From Octopus sinensis (Eukaryota): a stretch of DNA of 64,000 bases. Under the pieces are notes generated by a model. It was not told where the DNA came from. It made no database searches and saw only the letters and a program-made list of their open reading frames with translations. Shown here piece by piece: positions 13,822 through 26,224 of this stretch. The stretch's first letter is position 1; each line of letters begins with the position of its first letter. The stretch spans positions 110,546,001-110,610,000 of the forward strand of contig NC_043000.1 of assembly GCF_006345805.1 (NCBI RefSeq), written 5' to 3'. Both the position numbers and the translations under genes were made by a program.

Positions 13822-14321
13822 AATAACCTTTGCACTTGATTTTTTAATGTCTCTACCCCCATATTTGCGTGAGTTGAATTGAGCAAACACTATATGAGAG
13901 AGGTTTTCTTTAAGTATTAGAAATAGTTTAAAAAAAGTTTTTTAGCTGCTATTTCTAATGAGTTCAGTATGCGGCAAGTAATTATTTTACTAAGCCCTTT
14001 TATATAATGTAATAATTTGAATTCGCCTTAAATGGTCCCTTTGCATACGGAATACTTGGTGAAATTGATTAATTAATTAATTTTACCCTCAATTGTTGAA
14101 ATTATAATTATATTCTCTCTTATATAATGCCGCGGACTTTACCGAAAAAAGCATAGTGTTTGCTGATTTTAACCCACGCTGGTGGAAAGGGGAGAGCAGA
14201 AATTCTTCGCTTGCATTTTTGGGTTTGTTGGCACGTTGTTGGAGCAGATCTTCAGAAGCGAGAGGAAGCCGAGAGGGTATGCTCCCATTTTCAGTGTTTT
14301 CAAATCCAAACCAGGGAGTTC

Positions 14322-14373
14322 TGAGCTGATGATAGAAATGTCGTGTTGACTAATCTTGAAACGTACGTTCTCA
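14322..14373 (+). ncRNA. Type I hammerhead motif (identical second copy)
   Basis: Identical to 13770-13821, offset 552 nt. Confidence 0.65.
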
Positions 14374-14690
14374 AATACCTTTGCACTTGATTTTTTAATG
14401 TCTCTACCCCCATATTTGCGTGAGTTGAATTGAGCAAACACTATATGAGAGAGGTTTTCTTTAAGTATTAGAAATAGTTTAAAAAAGTTTTTTAGCTGCT
14501 ATTTCTAATGAGTTCAGTATGCGGCAAAGTAATTTATTTTACTAAGCCCTTTTATATATGTAAAATTTGAATTCGCCTTAAATGGTCCTTTGCATACTGA
14601 ATACTTGGTGAAATTGATTAATTAATTAATTTTACCCTCAATTGTGTGAAATATATATATATATATATATATATAAATACATGTATATAT

Positions 14691-14739
<49 letters not shown>

Positions 14740-14924
14740 TTATATGTGTATATATACATATATATAAATTGTATGTATGTATGTATGTATGTAGTATGTA
14801 TGTATGTATGTATGTAGTATGTATGTATGTAAGTATGTATGTATGTACACATGCATAAATGTACATACATACATACATGTGTATATTTATGTGTATGTGT
14901 TTGTGTGTATGAATGCACATATGA

Positions 14925-16300
14925 ATTTTTCGATTGTGATGTGCCAATGTGGAAGGCATATCACGAACATCATCATTAACTGCTCCAAAATGTCCGCAAC
15001 GTATTATCTTCCCTCGAGACATGACATTGTTGCCAAAATAATTTCTAACACCATTCGCAGAATTATTGTCTAGACAGTCATGCCAAAGGTACACAGGAAC
15101 CGGAATGTATCCAAATCTTAAAGAACAAGGAATATATTTGGACATTTACTCTGATCATCACTCTGTCTGGACCCATTGACGACTTTTCTCTCGTTTCGAC
15201 TTTAGGCTGTTTTTTCTATTTCTCTCCACTTAGATCCCTGCTTTTCCTTGCAGATTCCTTTCGGATTTTCCTGCACTCTTCGTGTTTTCTTGAAGGAAAG
15301 CCTTTCTCTCCCAGGTCTTGTTGATTTCGAATTGTTATTAATGTTTCCGTAACTTTGATTGTTGTCTAGGTAGGAGGTGTTGGCTCCACGCTAAGTTGTA
15401 ATTACCTCTAGGAAGAGATGGTCTATATCAGTCTGTCGTCTCTCTTTTGGGGCTGCTCAGCATGAGAGACTCTTTCAAGAGAATTCGTGCTCTGCTGTAT
15501 CTCCGGGTCATTCATGAACTCAAGACACCCTACCGTAACAAGCACTGTGGTGGAATACTTATTTCTTTACTACCCACAAGGGGCTAAAACATAGGGGACA
15601 AACAAGGACAGACAAACGGATTAAGTCGATTACATCGACCCCAGTGAGTGACTGGTACTTAATTTATCGACCCTGAGAGGATGAAAGGCAAAGTCGACCT
15701 CGGCAGAATTTGAACTCAGAACGTAGCGGCAGACGAAATATCTATTTCTTTACTACCCACAAGTCGACCTCGGCGGAATTTGAACTTAGAATGTAACAGC
15801 AGACGAAATACAGCTACGCATTTCGCCCGACGTGCTAACGTTTCTGCCAGCTTGCCGCCTTCACTGTGGTTGAATACTGTTAGATTACTCCCATAAAAAC
15901 GACAACCCAATCCACTCACAAATGATCTGGTATTGTTTTATGAGACAGGAAACAAATGTAACAAACGCCATGCATTATTCTAAAGGTTTGCTGTGCTGGC
16001 GGATGTGAATATCTTTTCAAAAATTGCCAAACAGGAAAACATCTATGGTGAACCAATGAGAAGCTTACACCGTTTATATACAGGCTATGGACTTTTATTT
16101 CCACTTATTGATGCATTAGGTTATATAACTACATATCTGCATAAAAAACCCACAAAATATCGAGTTTCTCCTCGTAGGAACAAAGTAAACCAACACGCTC
16201 CCCCACCTCCAGATCAAACCAATTCCATCCAAGACATTCGAAAGAGTTTCCATTTCAGTTTTCTTGAGTGAACAAATGCGTACGATCACGTGTGTGTATA
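14925..16300 (+). mobile_element. Old R4/Dong-like element fragment interrupted by nested insertions
   Basis: [23 protein letters not shown] (post-CCHC motif) at ~14960-15060; degenerate endonuclease DVNIFSKIAKQENIYGEPMRSLHRLY...LIDALGYIT at ~16000-16140. Confidence 0.55.
15559..15861 (-). mobile_element. Family-A SINE with internal partial duplication and TSD
   Basis: CACTGTGGT(G/T)GAATACT on both flanks. Confidence 0.8.
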
Positions 16301-16519
16301 GTATACACACATATGTAAAAAGTAATCACACACTTATGCAGTAAAGAAACATATACACCCGTTACAAGAGCGAGAGTATATGCACACATCCAATGCCGTA
16401 TGTATATATTGAGTCACATATTCACAAACATCCAGAACCGTCATGGCACAAACAAAAAAAAAAGCCTTATCACTTTAGAGGGGCCGTTTTGCATTCTGTG
16501 AAGAACATAGTCTCAGAGA

Positions 16520-16604
16520 AATCGTCCATACATGCATACATACATACTTACATGCATACATAGATACATACATACATACATACATACATACATACATACA
16601 TACA

Positions 16605-16638
<34 letters not shown>

Positions 16639-17390
16639 CATATATTACATACATACATACATGCATACATACATGCATACATACATACATTCATATACAT
16701 ACATACATATATACATATATTACATACATACATACATACAAACATACATACAAACAAACATACATACATACATGCATACATACATACATACATACATACA
16801 TACATACATACATACATACATACGTACATTCATACATGCATACATACATACATGCATGCACACATATATACATACACACATACATGCATACACACATGCA
16901 TACATACATGCATACATGCCTACATACAAAAAAACACACATATATACATACATACACATACATACACACGCATACATATATACATACATTCATACATACA
17001 CATATACGCATACATACTCACATTCACACACATACGCATACACACATACACACACATACATACATACATACATACATACGTACAGACAGACAGACATACA
17101 CACATGCATACATACATACATACATACATACATACATACGTGGATGAATGCATACATAGATACACACACATACATACACTTACATACATACATACACACA
17201 TACATACATACATACATGCATACGTGGATGAATGCATGCATACATACATAAATACATTTACATAGAATTAGATAAACATCTACCTTGTATGCAAATGTAC
17301 GTAAACACACGCATACATACACACACACACGCATGTATGTATACACACACACACGCATGTATGTATACACACACACATCCACATACATAA
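16520..17390. repeat. (TACA)n-derived microsatellite array
   Basis: Visible directly. Confidence 0.9.
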
Positions 17391-17484
17391 ACAAATATAT
17401 AAATAAAATATATCAACACACACATGGTTCCATTTATTCGTGATATTAGTCATAATCAACGATAATAATAACAAAAACAGCAGC

Positions 17485-17547
<63 letters not shown>

Positions 17548-18152
17548 CAGGCGATCTTAAATATTTTGGTAAAGGAGCCATCTTTATTTTATTACGTGTT
17601 AGAATATTACTAAGATGGTCTGCTGGAATATTTATGGCAAATAAACCTCTGAGAGTGTGGGTATGTGTTTGTGAAAGGGAGGGGAGGGAAAGAGAGCGTG
17701 TGTCCCTTCCAATCCCTGCCCACCCCCAGCCATTCTATCTTACTCTATCTGTTTGTGTCAAGTTTTCAACAGAAAGGATAGAGAAAGAAATATGGCGGCG
17801 ATTGTGGTGATGGTGGTGGTGGTGGTGTCGAGGGGAAGATAAAAATAATTAAAAGAACATCATCTATATGTTGTGTGTGTATGTGTATGTGTGTGTGTTG
17901 TGTGTATGTGTGTGTGTGAGTCTGATAGTAGTGCTATTATGCATGCTCTTCTTTCGCTATCATATCTTACACACACACACGCACACACACACACACACTC
18001 ACACTCTCTCACACACACACAGTCGTATATAAATGTCTATATGTATGTTATCAGCGAATGAAAGAAAAAATAGGAATTTTAAATATGTAGCTACTGTGAT
18101 ACAACACGTGCTCAAGGTCCGTCCGATAACAGCTGTAACACTATGTATACAT

Positions 18153-18183
<31 letters not shown>

Positions 18184-18412
18184 ATACACACAAGGTTATG
18201 TTGTTGTTGGGCTTTAATCATTGACTTTAAACGTAAGCATTTCGCGCGCGCGCTCGTGTGTGTGTGTGGCATACACCACACATCACTGACGTATCATTTT
18301 GGAAAGAAGCTGAAGTTTTTACACTATAGCCATATGTAAATCCACCTATCTATAACTGTGTGTGCATGTGCACGCGAGCATGTATGTATATATGTATGTG
18401 TGGAAGTGTGTG

Positions 18413-18483
<71 letters not shown>

Positions 18484-18828
18484 TATAATTCCTGAATGCA
18501 AAGTCAAAATCCGGATCTAGAATTATCCAGTATTTTTTAGTAGTTTTATCTCGTCTCTTTGTTTTCTCTCCGTGTTGATATATGGATAGATCATGGCTGC
18601 TATTTTCAGCATGGCGCCATCTCGTAGATACCCTAATTTATAATTTTAATAATTATTACCTTTGACGGTTATTTTTTCCATGCTGACCGCTTGATAAAAT
18701 CGTTGCTTTATTTTAAATTAACGATCTTATCCTAAATCTCATTATAAATCTTATCGTGAATCTCATAATAAACAACATGGACCCATTTTCTTCTTAAGAA
18801 AAAATATATTTTCATATAAATTAAACAT

Positions 18829-18865
18829 TGTATCATGAATAGCGATTGCGAAACCGGTCGATACA
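18829..18865 (+). ncRNA. Minimal type I hammerhead motif, A3-U8 core variant
   Basis: TGTATC-ATGAATA-GC gatt GC-GAAA-CCGG-TC-GATACA. Confidence 0.55.
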
Positions 18866-18987
18866 TTAAAAAATTATACTATAACCATGTAAGTGTGCGT
18901 ATTTTCCGTTTTTATTTTTCTTATATACATTACAATCCACCACGTGGGGACAACCGAAATACCTCTTATTCTACTATATATATATTC

Positions 18988-19071
<84 letters not shown>

Positions 19072-19072
<1 letters not shown>

Positions 19073-19466
19073 TAGCAGTATCGCCCGGCGTTGCTCGGGT
19101 TTGTAAGGGAAATAATTATATAAGCATTTTTAGAGATGTAAAGTATAATAGCCATCTCAATATGGCTAACCACAAAGGGGGAGGGGTGTTACTGTAGCTT
19201 TTTACGTTCTGAGATTTAATAATAAATTTTAGAGAGTTACTTCCCTTATATATGTCAAAAATGGATTAAAAATGGGAAAAATTGATGGTAAATTTTTTTT
19301 TAAATCGTAGACTCATCGTAGACGCGCGCTAATACCCAGACGGTCTCGATATGAATCACGACTATAAGATACCCGGTTTTGGTTAAACTGCACCGCAAAA
19401 TGTGGGAGTAGTTAGGAATCTAAATCGTAGGAGACAGACACACAACCTCACTTTTATATATAAAGA
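19072..19466 (-). mobile_element. Non-autonomous Helitron
   Basis: Minus: A|TC...CCCGAGCAACGCCGGG hairpin...CTAG|T. Confidence 0.8.
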
Positions 19467-19573
19467 TTTCCTCTATTTACATAATATTGAGGTCTCTTTC
19501 TTTCTTTTGTTATCTTACTGTTTTTACCAATATACATATATATATATATAGTTACAGAGATGTACGAAAACAG

Positions 19574-19830
19574 TTGCAGCGTTGAAGGTGTTTATAAGCC
19601 ATTTAAGAAACACACAAAAACCGTTAGATTCACTTCAACATTTAAATTTAATTTGTCAAAATATTTTCATCGCTTTGAGACCGCGACCTGTTAGCACGAT
19701 ATTTTTGTCAGTGAACAGGTCGCGGTCTCAAAGCCGAAAATATTTTGGCAAATTAAATTTAAATGTTGAAGTGAATGTAACGGTTTTTGTGTGTTTCTTA
19801 AATGGCTTACAAACACCTTCCACGCTGCAA
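19574..19830. mobile_element. ~256-bp near-perfect palindromic element
   Basis: TTGCAGCG...CGCTGCAA arms of ~120 bp around a short spacer. Confidence 0.75.
19704..19752 (+). ncRNA. Type I hammerhead motif, G3-C8 variant (2-nt deletion in stem II)
   Basis: TTTGTCA-GTGAACA-G-GTCGC...GC--C-GAAA-ATAT-TT-TGGCAAA; left arm keeps stem II as GTCGC/GCGAT. Confidence 0.5.
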
Positions 19831-19846
19831 TATATATATACACATA

Positions 19847-19877
<31 letters not shown>

Positions 19878-20191
19878 GTGTATATGTGTATGCATGTATG
19901 TGTGTGTGTGTGCGTGTCTGTGCTTGTGATTGTCCTCCACCACTGCTTGACAACGAATGTTGGTTTGTTTACATCCCTGTCACCTAGTGGTTTGACAAAG
20001 GAAACAGATAGAATAAGTACAATGCTTACAAAATAAAACGAGTTGATTCATTAAACTACAATTCTTCAAGGCATTGCCCCAGCATGGCCACAGACCAATG
20101 GCTGGAAAAAGCAGAAGAATAAAGAATACATTCTCTGCTTTGGTCTTATGTTCAAGGCATGAGAAAGCTTGAGTTTACATGAGAAGCCTAA

Positions 20192-20560
20192 CAGACCTGG
20201 TAGAAACAGCAGCCAAATCTCCCTCAAATCACACCTTACTGTCTTATGTATGTATATATATATGAGCCAATGAGGGGGACCTCTACATGGTAGCTAGACC
20301 TGGTAGAAATAGCAGCCAAATTTCCCCCAAATCACACCTTACTGTCTTATCTATGTATATATGTATGTATGAGCCTATGAGGAGACCCCTACATGGCAGC
20401 TAGACCTGGAAAATAGCAGCCAAATTTCCCCCAAATCACACCTTACTGTCTTATCTAGTATATATGTATGTATGAGCCTATGAGGGAGACCCCTACATGC
20501 AGCTAGACATGGTAGAAATAGCAGCCAAATCTCCCTCAAATCACACCTACTGTCTTATCT
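20192..20560. repeat. ~104-bp minisatellite, ~3.5 copies
   Basis: AGACCTGGTAGAAATAGCAGCCAAAT...AAATCACACCTTACTGTCTTAT repeated near 20192, 20296, 20402 and 20505. Confidence 0.85.
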
Positions 20561-21614
20561 TTCTGCTACTTGGATATAGGTGTTATATTCGTCGTAAAAA
20601 ACTTTCCTGTCACACACTCACGCACACGCACCACACACACACACACACACCCTCACACACACACGCGCACACCCACACACACCCACTCACACACACGCAC
20701 GTTAGCTTACAATTTTATTTATATATTTGCGTGGTTATGTTTTGAAAGAGGAAGTGGGAGGCAGAGTGAAAGAATCACTCACTACTGTAAGTCAATTACT
20801 TTCATTTTATTCGTTGCCCACTGTGTGTGTGCGTTTGCGTGTGGTGTAAACCAGACTAAGAAAAGCATTTGACACACACACCAGAATGTGAGTTTTCTGT
20901 AAATTTTGCTTAATTGGAGTTTAAATTTTAAAAACTGGACCTGGCATGACGCGATGCATTGTACTCTCAAAAATGCAAGGTAAATTGTAATTGAAGAAAT
21001 GCTATATTGTAGATTTGTATAACTCCCAAAGGGAGGCAGATAAAATCTGCCTTTTATAATAAGAGATATATATACATATGCATATAGACGCACGCACTCA
21101 TATATACATATTTAGAAGCGCATAGTTTATAAGTGTTTGGAAATATATACATATAACCGCAATAGAAATGGTTGTTCAGAAGTAGGGTACGCTAAAGTTA
21201 AAAAAAACTGTAGGTTAGCAAGATGAGACGAGTGACTAAAAGCCGCTCTTCGGCGGGAACTGAAAACCCGACAAATGCTAAACCTCTGTATTGCAACCCT
21301 CCACCCGTCTAATACTCATTGACTGATATATTCCTATGCACACAGATACATGTTTGTTATATACGCTACATGATAGAGATAGCCATGTAGAGAAAATTAT
21401 TTCCTTGTGTATAATGGAAAGAATCGTGTACGTATTCAACAGGGATATTAACAGACGTTTAAGCACTTGCGCATTTGTACATAGGCATTATACAATCCTT
21501 TGATACATCGATATAACGTACACACACACATGTACACATCTCTCTCTCTCTCTCTACATATATATCTACCTGCCTGTCTGTCTGTCTATATATCTTTCTT
21601 TTTCCCTTACATTT

Positions 21615-21885
21615 GTTTCTGTCAATCCACTGCGGCCATGCTGGGGGTTGAGCCCCGAAACGCTTTAGTTGAATTAATCGGCCCTCGTACTTATTTATTT
21701 TTTATTTCTAAGCCCGCTACTTATTTTATCGACATCTTTGGCTGTACCACCAAGTTTATTAAGTAAGGCATTGGTTTGGCTAACGGCTATAGCAGGAGAT
21801 GCATGCTCAAAGTGCCGCGCAGTGGGATTGAACCTGAAACCACATGGTTACAAAATGAGTATCTTAACCACAGAGCCACACCTGT
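21615..21885 (-). mobile_element. Degenerate family-B SINE
   Basis: Partial matches to head and tail of 27070-27440. Confidence 0.5.
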
Positions 21886-21934
21886 GCTTTCGTGCAGATT
21901 TGTACGTTTTGTTTTATGTATGTATTCTCATGCA

Positions 21935-22255
21935 TATAGTTAGATATCTAGACATGCTCATATATATTTAAATGAGAAACTTCTGGAAAGTTTTACACAC
22001 TTTTACAGTTCCAGTGATGGATTGGATCTGTAGTCTTCGAATTAGTTTTCTCCTTCCTTGTTCAGAGAAGCCTAATTTCTCAAGATTGGTATTTAGACAG
22101 TACGGCCACAATAATTAAGGGTATAAACCTGAACTTGTAATCTGGATAGAGTAACTGCATATTTCTCAATAATTCAGCGCAGGTAATTTCTTTTTCACTG
22201 ATCTTCAGCTTTATGTTGACATCCGCAGGGCAGCTAATTTCTACAACTATTCCAA
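21935..22255 (-). mobile_element. R4/Dong-like 3' fragment
   Basis: IVVEISCPADVNIKLKISEKE...LLRNMQLLYPDYKFRFIPLII; abuts (TATG)n. Confidence 0.75.
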
Positions 22256-23819
22256 CGCGTGTATGTATGTATGTATGTATGTATGTATGTATGTATGTAT
22301 GTATGTATGTATGTATGTATGTCTGTATGTATGTATGTATATACGTATGTATGCATATATGTATATATGTATATATGTATGTATATATTATATTGAGGCC
22401 ATTTCTATACATAAATGCCACACGCTAGGAGGGACTCTTAAAGTCAAAACTACTAAAATAAATAAACACATAGTATCGAATTCGAGGGAATGCAACTCTC
22501 GAAGAGAGCCCTTTAAAAACAGAATTTAGCTGCAAATCACATGATTTCATAGTTAGTGCAGAAATGCACTTTTTAATCTCCAGTGCCATGTAGGGAAACA
22601 GAATCGGAAACAACATGGACGCAAAGCGAAGTTCTTAAGTGGGTAACCATCAACTTTTAAATCAATCTGTATGATTAGACACTCAAAGACATTAATTTTA
22701 AACTGATATAGAATTCATTATCGCAACCACAACTAAAATTTTATTCATTGCCTTCCCAGTCTTCATTTCCTCTTCTTTCACACCAGATATTTATTTAAAT
22801 ATTAGAGGAAGTATTTGAACCAACTCCGTTCAAAAACATCCTTATATAGTATTTATAATGCCATTTACAGACACTTGTGAAAAACGTTCGTAAAGTCTCT
22901 CTTAAAATATTATAGACTAAATGTTTGTATAACCTAGGAACATGTTTATTTAATAAATCATTATTTTCACTTTCGGAGACGTACTTAATGTTTGATCGCT
23001 TTTACATTGATAGTTCCCACTATTTGTCCAACTGAAAATTAGGCAACCGTGACTATATTTTACATTCTTGAAATCGTTTGTTGCATTGCGTTCGTTATTA
23101 TGCTGAAGTTACACTGGGTAAGGAGTTTCGAAAAGCAGCACTCCTTCCTTGTTTATTCCTATCAATTGAAATTGCTCCCCAAAGCCATACCGATCCTTAC
23201 CATTGCAAGGGGTTATCAAAACATTTAGCTGTGTCATTCAGGGACACCAATAGCTTTCACACTGAGATAATTCAAACCAAACTGGAAGTGGTCCACGCAA
23301 ATTCACCGACTGTAAAAGGAAAAAAAGTGTCATTCAGTGCATATTTATATCCGGGTGTTTCAAGTAAACAACATAGAGAAATACAGGTATATCAAATACC
23401 ATACGACATAAATTCTTGGTTTCTTAAAATCATTTCCGTTTCTTGAGAATGTATCACAATTACCAAATTGCAATTAAAGTTAATTCCATTTGAGAGGAGG
23501 AGATAATCTCAAGAATCAAAATATCTCTAAAACTGACATATCATTGACGAAAAGGACAGACTTACTGTCCGGAGATAAGAAGACACATGTTTCTTCGATA
23601 ACCGTCATCAGCACAACAATTGTCCAACCTTATCTCCAGCAGCTTAAGAACCTAAGGTTATGCAAAATAAATAAATAAACAAAGAAATAGTGCACATTTA
23701 CGGTCAAGATAATTTACATAAATTAATCAAAAAGGAGCTAAGGGAGATAACTCAAAGTGACTAGATGGAGCTGGTCATGTTATCATTTGGTAATCGTGGT
23801 ATACCTTGAGGTGGGCATA

Positions 23820-23966
23820 ATTGGCTGGCTGGTAAGAAGTTTGCTTCCCAACCACATGGTTCTGAGTTTAGTTCCACTGCGCGGCACCTTGGGTAAGTGT
23901 TCTCTAATATAGTGTCGGGCCGACCAAAGCTTTGTGAGTTTATTTGGTAGCCGGAAACTGAAAGAA
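23820..23966 (+). mobile_element. Family-B SINE head
   Basis: tRNA-like head plus CORE-like GGCACCTTGGGTAAGTG. Confidence 0.6.
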
Positions 23967-24028
23967 GTAACCCCTCGACTATTGCGGGTGTTACGTTCCA
24001 AAACACCTCGCGATATGGCGAGGGAGTA

Positions 24029-24031
<3 letters not shown>
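23966..24031. mobile_element. Tiny Tigger/pogo-like MITE
   Basis: AGTAACCCCTCG...CGAGGGAGTACTG|TA imperfect TIRs. Confidence 0.5.
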
Positions 24032-24070
<39 letters not shown>

Positions 24071-24896
24071 AACTGAGGTTCCGGCCAGTATAGGCCCAGG
24101 ACATGTCTAACTTAATAGCACCGCCTGGTGAAGTCTTTTAGATCGTGATTCACACCCCAGTCATATAGTGGACACTATGGCCCACTCCAGCAAAGGCTTA
24201 TTATTGTTGGAGACATATCTGGGTGTAAGAGGTTGGCCAGGGATTTTGGGAAGAAATTTCTCCAGAAATCTTATTTATTTACTTTCCTCGCTTTTAGTCC
24301 GTGCTAATGGAGTAGGTAACCGTAGTTCTTAGGGCCATTTGGTGTCTATTTCTAGCATGTGACGCTATTCATTAGTGCGCTTATTATTATTATTATTATT
24401 GTATTTATATAATTGTATATACTCGTATATATATATATATATACATACATACATGTATATTTTTTTATTGTATTTATATTGTATTTATATTTATGTAACA
24501 TTGTCTGTTTTTCCGTCCTTGTTTTTGTATACATTCGATGCTTTCTTCCAAGGAATCTAATGCTCTTAGCTTAGTTTTTCCTTGGGGCTGGCCAGATTGG
24601 AGCAATCTCAAGTTTAATCAGCCGAAATTGCGAGGATGATCTGGTGCTTGACTGAGGAAAGAAAACTTCAAATGCCCCGTCCTTGTTTTTTTGTATCGTC
24701 TATTTGGATGTTTTGTTGTCCCTTTTTGTATCACCTAGCTGTCCGGACGTTTTGCGCTCTTGTCCCATTTTGTATATATATATATATATATATATATATT
24801 TACATACATAACTGTTAAAGATGACAACAAACGTTAAGGCAAGGCAAGCATCTCAAGTCATACACATAATTATTATTATTGGAAAAAAGATTGAAA

Positions 24897-24952
24897 GTCT
24901 TACAGCTGTTTCTGGAATATTCCAGAGTATGCGATATTCCGTCATCGGAGAC
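24897..24952 (-). ncRNA. Type I hammerhead motif (U4C)
   Basis: Minus: GTCT-CCGATGA-C-GGAATAT...ATATTCC-A-GAAA-CAGCTG-TA-AGAC. Confidence 0.6.
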
Positions 24953-25309
24953 AAATAGGGAAAATGAGAAGAGTATAGATTAATGAAATGACAACACAGA
25001 GGATAGGAGTAAAGGAATAGTGAAGAAAAAGAAGAAAGAGAAACATAAAAATTCGCAGTTCAACTTTCCGATCTTGTAGAAATAATTCCATAAACCCTTA
25101 GGTGCAATCCTGCGTAAGTCCATGTAGGTTAAAGTTATGTTTGTATGTATGTATGTATGTATGTATGTATGTATGTATGTATGTATGTATGTATGTACGT
25201 ATGTACGTATGTATGTATGTATGTATGTATGTTTGTATGTATGTACGTATGTACGTATGTATGTATGTATGTATGTATGTATGTATTATTATTATTATTA
25301 TTATTATTA

Positions 25310-25436
25310 AGTACCAGTTACGCACTGGGGTCGATGTAATCGACTTAATTCGTTTGTCTGTCCTTCTTTGTCCCCACTATGTTTAGCCCCTTGTGGGTAA
25401 TAAAGAAAACATATTATTATTATTATATTATTATTA

Positions 25437-25472
<36 letters not shown>

Positions 25473-25695
25473 CATCATCATCATCATCATCATCATTATC
25501 ATTATTATTATTATGAAAGGCGGTGAGCTGGCAGAATGCTTAGTGGCATTTCGTCCGTTTTTTCGTTCTGAGTTCGAATTTGTCTTTCATCCTTTCGAGG
25601 TCGATAAAATAAGTATAAGTTGAAGACTGGGGCTGCTCTAATCAACTTACCCCCTCCTCCGAAACTGCTGGCTTTGTGCTAAAATTTGAAACCTA
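25310..25695 (+). mobile_element. Two family-A SINE fragments separated by (TAT/CAT)n
   Basis: 3' tail at 25310-25410 and deleted copy at 25518-25695. Confidence 0.65.
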
Positions 25696-26224
25696 TATAC
25701 ATACACATAGGTGTGTGCGTGTGCGTGTGTGTATGTGTGTGTGTGTGTATGTGTGTGTGTGTGTGAATACGTGCATGTATTTTATGGCTGGGTAGAGTAG
25801 CTTGCATTGTTGAAGATGTTAAGCCCACATTTTTGCAGGATTTTAAATCACAATAGATCGAAAGTGTGCAATATATGGCAACAGTAACGAGCATTTTTTT
25901 GTAATTAATTAGTAATTTTCCTACCGAATTTACTTCCGTTTTTCTAAAAAGTTCTCATTCACCGAAAATTTGCTGCGAAACTTTTCTTTGGACAACAATA
26001 ACTTCAAACTGAATTCAGAATTGAAATTAGGAAATTTCCCATGTGTGAATAATCACATGACATAGCTGGACTATTGTTGGTAACCGCGGCTGCGCTGCTG
26101 TTGTTGTTGTTTGTTATTGTTGTTGTTGTGTTGTTTATAGGCTCTGCTCATCCCTGACTGGACAGGTCTATAATCAAATGCATTCCTTTACTCTTAGGTG
26201 TACCAAGGACTACATTACTTAAAG

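Larger units (their letters stand above)
13685..14651 (+). mobile_element. Partial tandem repeat (552-nt period, ~1.75 units) with one HHR per unit; retrozyme/Penelope pLTR-like
   Basis: 13689-14100 repeated at 14241-14650; (TA)n flanks. Confidence 0.7.

Noticed and set aside
20192-20560. CRISPR-like repeat-spacer appearance
   Set aside because: Spacers are not unique, there are no cas genes, and the context is eukaryotic
23575-23616. Minus-strand CTGATGA...GAAACATG motif
   Set aside because: Stem I does not pair and the cleavage position would be UG
24647-24672. TTGA-CTGAGGA-AA-GAAA-ACT-TCAA mini-hammerhead
   Set aside because: No stem II or III and no UH in register
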